A DNA stretch of 60,550 bases, counting the filler, from Globobulimina sp. (taxonomy: Eukaryota): the NCBI GenBank assembly GCA_003354225.1. It is 15 parts of 15 records of this genome, joined end to end, with 100 filler letters (N's around TTAATTAATTAA, not from the genome) between each part and the next. Parts side by side here need not be neighbours in the genome. Positions count along the whole stretch, not along the records: positions 52,570 to 56,510 come from PIVH01001855.1; positions 56,611 to 60,550 come from PIVH01001856.1; 13 more parts are not named here. One strand, given 5' to 3'. The stretch's first letter is position 1. The number at the start of each line of letters is the position of its first letter. Positions 56,249-60,550 of the stretch are shown here, one piece after another. The notes beneath the pieces were generated by a model. That model was not told the DNA's origin. It did no database searches and saw only the letters and a program-made list of their open reading frames with translations. The position numbers were made by a program, and so were the translations under genes.

Positions 56249-56610
56249 ACATTTGATTGTATTTTTTCGTTTTGTGAATATATATAATATATTTTTGTAT
56301 GCAGTATTTTGATTTATAGGGTTTTTGGATGATTAATTTAATAACATTTTGATTTAGTATGTCTGGATATGATCTACATTTTTTGTAATCGACATAACCA
56401 ATGTTCTGTTTTTTTTATTGTTTTATTAATTCGTTTCTGTGTTTTATAAACTGATCATCATGTTTTCGTTTCTGTGTTTTTTTTGCATGTTTTTGTTTTT
56501 GTTTTCCTTCNNNNNNNNNNNNNNNNNNNNNNNNNNNNNNNNNNNNNNNNNNNNTTAATTAATTAANNNNNNNNNNNNNNNNNNNNNNNNNNNNNNNNNN
56601 NNNNNNNNNN

Positions 56611-56870
56611 GGGATTGATTTATTCTCTGCAAATAAAAAACTTATTATCTCTGCAGCTTTGCCATTCAATCCTTTTACTGCATATTTAGTACCTCCATTA
56701 AGAGCAGCATTAAATTTAGATAAAGCTACAAAAAATTTACTAAAATTTGTCCATGTTTCTGTTAATCGAATGGATGTGATAGCCATTGGCCATTGGCCGT
56801 GGATAAATATTCTCTCATTCTCTTCCTTAAATTTTGATATCCAACACACATTAAGGGTTTGGTCCGCTAT
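56611..56870 (-). pseudogene. Fragment of a second ART-like family member (catalytic E-x-E region)
   Basis: LNVCWISKFKEENERIFIHG parallels FDVSKLSRYQHENERLIAG of the 16300-19356 gene; the upstream part is replaced by a repeat array. Confidence 0.55.
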
Positions 56871-56871
56871 T

Positions 56872-57335
56872 TTTTTGACAAATTGACAAAAACGATTTGA
56901 CAATTTGACAGTACCGCTAACTCCTCCATGGCCCAAATGTTTTCACTTGTCAAATTTTTCATTTTTCAAATTTGACAGAAAATCAAAAAGCATGGCGTCG
57001 TCTCTGAAAGCATTTGCCCCGTGACTGCGGTATGTATTATCAATGTACATCAATCAGAGATCATTGTAGGATGGTTTATAATGGTTGAAAACCAACAGAT
57101 ATTTTGGCGCAAAAGTTTGAAAAACAAGAAAAAAATCGATTATTTGACAATCTGGAATTTGAAAATTTGACAATTTGACAATTTATTCATGATATCCGCG
57201 ATTTGACACATAATCAGAGATATCACTGATGCAGATATCAGTGCACACTCCAATTATTAACAGCATTTTTTATGAAGATATCAAGTGTCAAAAAGGTGAT
57301 ATTTTCGATCTATTTTCAAATTTGACGTCAAATAT
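56872..57335. repeat. Cluster of about a dozen TTTGACA/TGTCAAA heptamers
   Basis: Copies near 56874, 56883, 56896, 56904, 56947(rc), 56971, 57144, 57166, 57174, 57202, 57286(rc) and 57321. Confidence 0.7.
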
Positions 57336-57375
57336 GGAACAATTATTAATAATGATACAAAACATCAACAATAAT

Positions 57376-58030
57376 TTACAAAAATAGTTTCCTTTTTTTG
57401 TTTGGTGGTTGATCCAAGAATTGTGGCATAAATTTGTATTGTGGGGGTTTGTCTTTTTTATCGAATGAATGTGAGTCAGCACCAATGTCACTTAAAAGTT
57501 TTTTTACGTTTTGAAATGTTTTCTTCTTTCTTTTTCTTTGTTTATTATTTGAATTTGAATTGTTTGAATTTGAATTGTTTGTATATGTTAATTGAGGCAG
57601 TTGAAGGATTTGTGGCATATTTGCTGATGATAGACAATTATTAATATTCATATTGGCATTCATTTGAAACTGATAATCATTAATTGGTGGAGGATAATTT
57701 TGTTGTGGTGTACAATAATTTGTATTTGAATTCATATTAAAACTCATATCCATATAATTAAATGGTTGCATATCATAACGAATTGTCGGTATAAATTTTC
57801 TTTCTTTTTTCAATTTATTTTTTAATATAATCTCTTCTTTTCTTACTTTTGCTCTTTCTCTTGCAATATTTCCTTTATTTGCATAATGATTATATGTATC
57901 TGCATTTTTATGTCTTGCAATTAATAATTTATCATTCATTGGCATTTGATCCCCGACATTTTCTTCCGTATCACATATTTCTGTCCGTTTATCAGTGTGT
58001 GACCCAAAAGTCACTCTTCTTTTATTTTGC
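57376..58030 (-). pseudogene. Possible tyrosine recombinase C-terminal fragment with low-complexity tail
   Basis: GSHTDKRT...LIARHKNADTYNHY resembles the HxxR...H...Y box. Confidence 0.4.
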
Positions 58031-58332
58031 AGGATTATATAAAACGAATCGCGTTTACTGACATTAAAGATCCATGTGAACAAATTGAAAAAATAAAAAC
58101 AAAACATGTACGCGAAACTATCAAAGCTATTTATAAAAATTGCGCTAAAAATTGGATAAAAACTAAAAATGCATTGCCATTGAACCAACGAATAAATGAG
58201 AAAAAGAAAAATGTGATTAGCCAGTTTAGTGCTGGTCATAAAGAACATAAATATACGACATCAAGCGCTATGAAAGCGATTTTGTCATTTTTTGATGAAG
58301 TTTGAGTTTGCTTTGACTCAACTCCGCCAGCC

Positions 58333-59758
58333 ATGTTCTCTTCGTACCAAAACAGTGACATACTGCTCAATGAAACGCATTCTACACAGGATAATGTATC
58401 AAATTTGGATGAATTAGATGCAACATATGGTGTACAAAACAATTTATTGTCATATTTCAATTTTATTTCATCCTCAAATAAATATAGAAAAATGAAATAT
58501 TATATAGCAGCAATTATCATATTCGTGATATTAATATTAATGTTATTAAATATAACATCAAGCCATGAAACAACAGCCATTTCAACACCATTATCAGCAA
58601 CAAATGATATCAAATTGAAAGAAACAGAATTCTGCAAAGATGACAATTATTTTAAAAAAGTATTAAAAGAAGAATATAGTCAAGTTATTGGTGGTATAAT
58701 CCAAAATGTCGAAGCGGCAGAAAAATATGAAGCATCGGGTGTTGTTTATGACCCATTACGCGATGTATACTGGGTCGTATTTGATAGTTTATATGGAATT
58801 GGTAAATTATCAGCTGATTTAACTCGAAATGAAGAAAATTTATTGGTTGTATCAAATGTAAATGGAATGAATGACAATGTACAAGGAATAGAGTCTGGAT
58901 ATGAAGGGATTGCACTCGATACTGATACGGATACATTTTATTTATTAACAGAATCCATACAATTTAGTGACAATGATGGAAACACTGTGTATCACTCAAT
59001 TATAAGATCCGCAAAGTATGATGAAGCATTGACTTACATTGAAACTCAGATTTGTGCCGTTAACTTTGATGCTGCTTCGGGTAATAAAGGTAAATTATTT
59101 CTAATTTTGCATGTCTCAAAACATATATATATTTAAAATGTTGCAATAATTTGTAACAGGATTTGAATCATTGAATTTGATAAAGATTGATGATGAAAAA
59201 TATTTTGTTGGGTTATGTGAAGGGAATTATTGTGATTCTGGTAAGAAAGGGAAAGAGTCGGGAAATGGGAGGATGGTTTTAGTTAATTTTGAAGCAGAAA
59301 AGTTGACAAATGTGGATTTAAATGGTGAATATCAATATTTACTCGATGCTGGAATTTATTGTATATATAAATGGATTGACATGTATGAGTTACCAAACTA
59401 TGTTGATTTTATTGATTATTCGGCATTCCAATTTAGAGTAAAGTCAATAAATAATGTAAGTTATGATGGTTATTATGATTTAGTCGTTGCAAGCCAGGAA
59501 AGTTCGGCTATTTGGGTTGGTGAAGTTGTGTGGTCTTTAGGTAACGGCCCTGATTTTACAATCAATAGAAAAGATGGAAAAATATATACATTTCCTAAAA
59601 ATGATAATTGTGAGACAATATTTTGTAACGTGGAAGGTGTCACATTTATTAATAATAATCAATTTGTAATGGTGAGTGATAAAGCAAAAGGCAAAGGTGC
59701 GCAACCATGGATTTGTGGTCAGAAGGATCAATCAATACATATATTTAAAGTGCCATAA
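58333..59758 (+). CDS. Type II membrane protein with beta-propeller (SdiA-regulated-like) ectodomain; intron 59090-59159
   Basis: TM YYIAAIIIFVILILMLL; YEASGV, GYEGIA, NKGFES, SQESS, NVEGV, VSDK; the intron joins the ORFs in frame. Confidence 0.65.
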
Positions 59759-59976
59759 TTAAATTGCTCACAATTTGCTTGAAAACTGTCCAAAAAACAA
59801 AACCTCTGCAAAAATACAAAATTCATGTCTGTTTTTTGCCCGTCTGTTGGAAGCATAGAGCGGTCTTTATCGCCGGTATTGATATCGCATGATAATAGTT
59901 CCTGTGACAATGGAATTGAAGATCTCATCTACAACGACGACTGTAATCTACGCCTATATGTATTTTTGTGCATAAT

Positions 59977-60550
59977 CTACGCCATGCAATCTGTGCATTT
60001 TTGTGCATAATCTACGCCTATATGTAAGTGTATATATTGTGTTGAATGAAGTGCAAGGATATGCATACCCGGTTGTGCTGCATTGTTATTATTGTTATTG
60101 GTGTTGGTGTTGGTATCTGCGCCATCTTCTACTTCCATAGGTTGCATTTTAGAAATTGTAGCAGTGTTTGTGGTGGTGGTTATTGCTGAAGCTTTAGGGC
60201 CATCCATTGGTGAAGATGGTGAAGATGACGCAGATAGCAACGCCAAGGGATTATCCATAATCCATTCCACAGCCATTTGTGCATTATTTGGGGCATATTG
60301 CTCGATTGCGTGTAATGCAGTACTTGCCGTGTCGTTATTATATCCCATGGACAGTAATTTTTTTATTGCTTCTTGACGTGAACCGCTTAGTGATGGTTCA
60401 TTTGTTTCTGTTTGCTGCGGACCATCAACAGCGTTTTCCTTTTTTGGAGGGAGAGATTCTTTTTTATCATCTACTGCTACCATAATGGCGACATCATCAT
60501 AATCTGGCAATTCATGGTCCATTGTTTCTGCTGTCTCTTTTATTGGACTC
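59977..60550 (-). CDS. UBA-domain protein, probably 5' partial; 3' exon structure unresolved
   Basis: IKKLLSMGY..ASTAL..NNAQMAVEWI. Confidence 0.7.
   Translation of the reverse strand, partial: SPIKETAETMDHELPDYDDVAIMVAVDDKKESLPPKKENAVDGPQQTETNEPSLSGSRQEAIKKLLSMGYNNDTASTALHAIEQYAPNNAQMAVEWIMDNPLALLSASSSPSSPMDGPKASAITTTTNTATISKMQPMEVEDGADTNTNTNNNNNNAAQPGMHILALHSTQYIHLHIGVDYAQKCTDCMA

Noticed and set aside
56872-57335. Bacterial -35 boxes (TTGACA)
   Set aside because: The contig is eukaryotic, copies occur in both orientations, and there are no matched -10 elements
59943-60026. Repeated TAATCTACGCC / TTTTTGTGCA units
   Set aside because: A small local tandem duplication, probably intronic; no further structure
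1-60550. Alternative genetic code
   Set aside because: TAA, TAG and TGA all end conserved genes; most broken ORFs are explained by short GT-AG introns or single indels

Overview
This window is not one locus. It is 15 unrelated contigs of about 3.94 kb, sorted by decreasing length (3947 to 3940 bp) and joined by an artificial 100-nt linker (44 N + TTAATTAATTAA + 44 N), so adjacency across linkers carries no biological meaning. Fourteen contigs come from an AT-rich microbial eukaryote with short GT-AG introns (53-106 nt in the genes I could splice by eye); the gene families suggest a foraminiferan/rhizarian, which is an inference. Recognisable genes: PI3-kinase, cyclic nucleotide phosphodiesterase, two multi-TM (GPCR-like) proteins, GH20 hexosaminidase, a UTP6-like HAT protein, TFIIB, an Arf-like GTPase, START, Yippee, calcineurin-B-like, UBA and EEP proteins. 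One contig (8095-12040) is a bacterial tailed-phage head/neck module. One (36402-40344) is a DIRS/Ngaro-type retrotransposon (gag + RT/RNase H). Most notable observations: a roughly 120-aa insertion with a SAM-like signature inside the RT palm; an ankyrin protein carrying a degenerate RelA/SpoT-like nucleotidyltransferase domain; a spliced PH + toxin-type (R-S-E) ADP-ribosyltransferase-like + MATH-like gene; an intron-containing microbial-type PARG; a bacterial-type thioester alpha-2-macroglobulin on a eukaryotic contig; a La-motif + BMT5-like methyltransferase fusion; an Arf with a switch II Q->M change and a ~45-aa insertion; and several short inverted-repeat (MITE-like) elements, one of which nearly fills a candidate intron. 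All domain calls come from motif recognition by eye; no searches were run.
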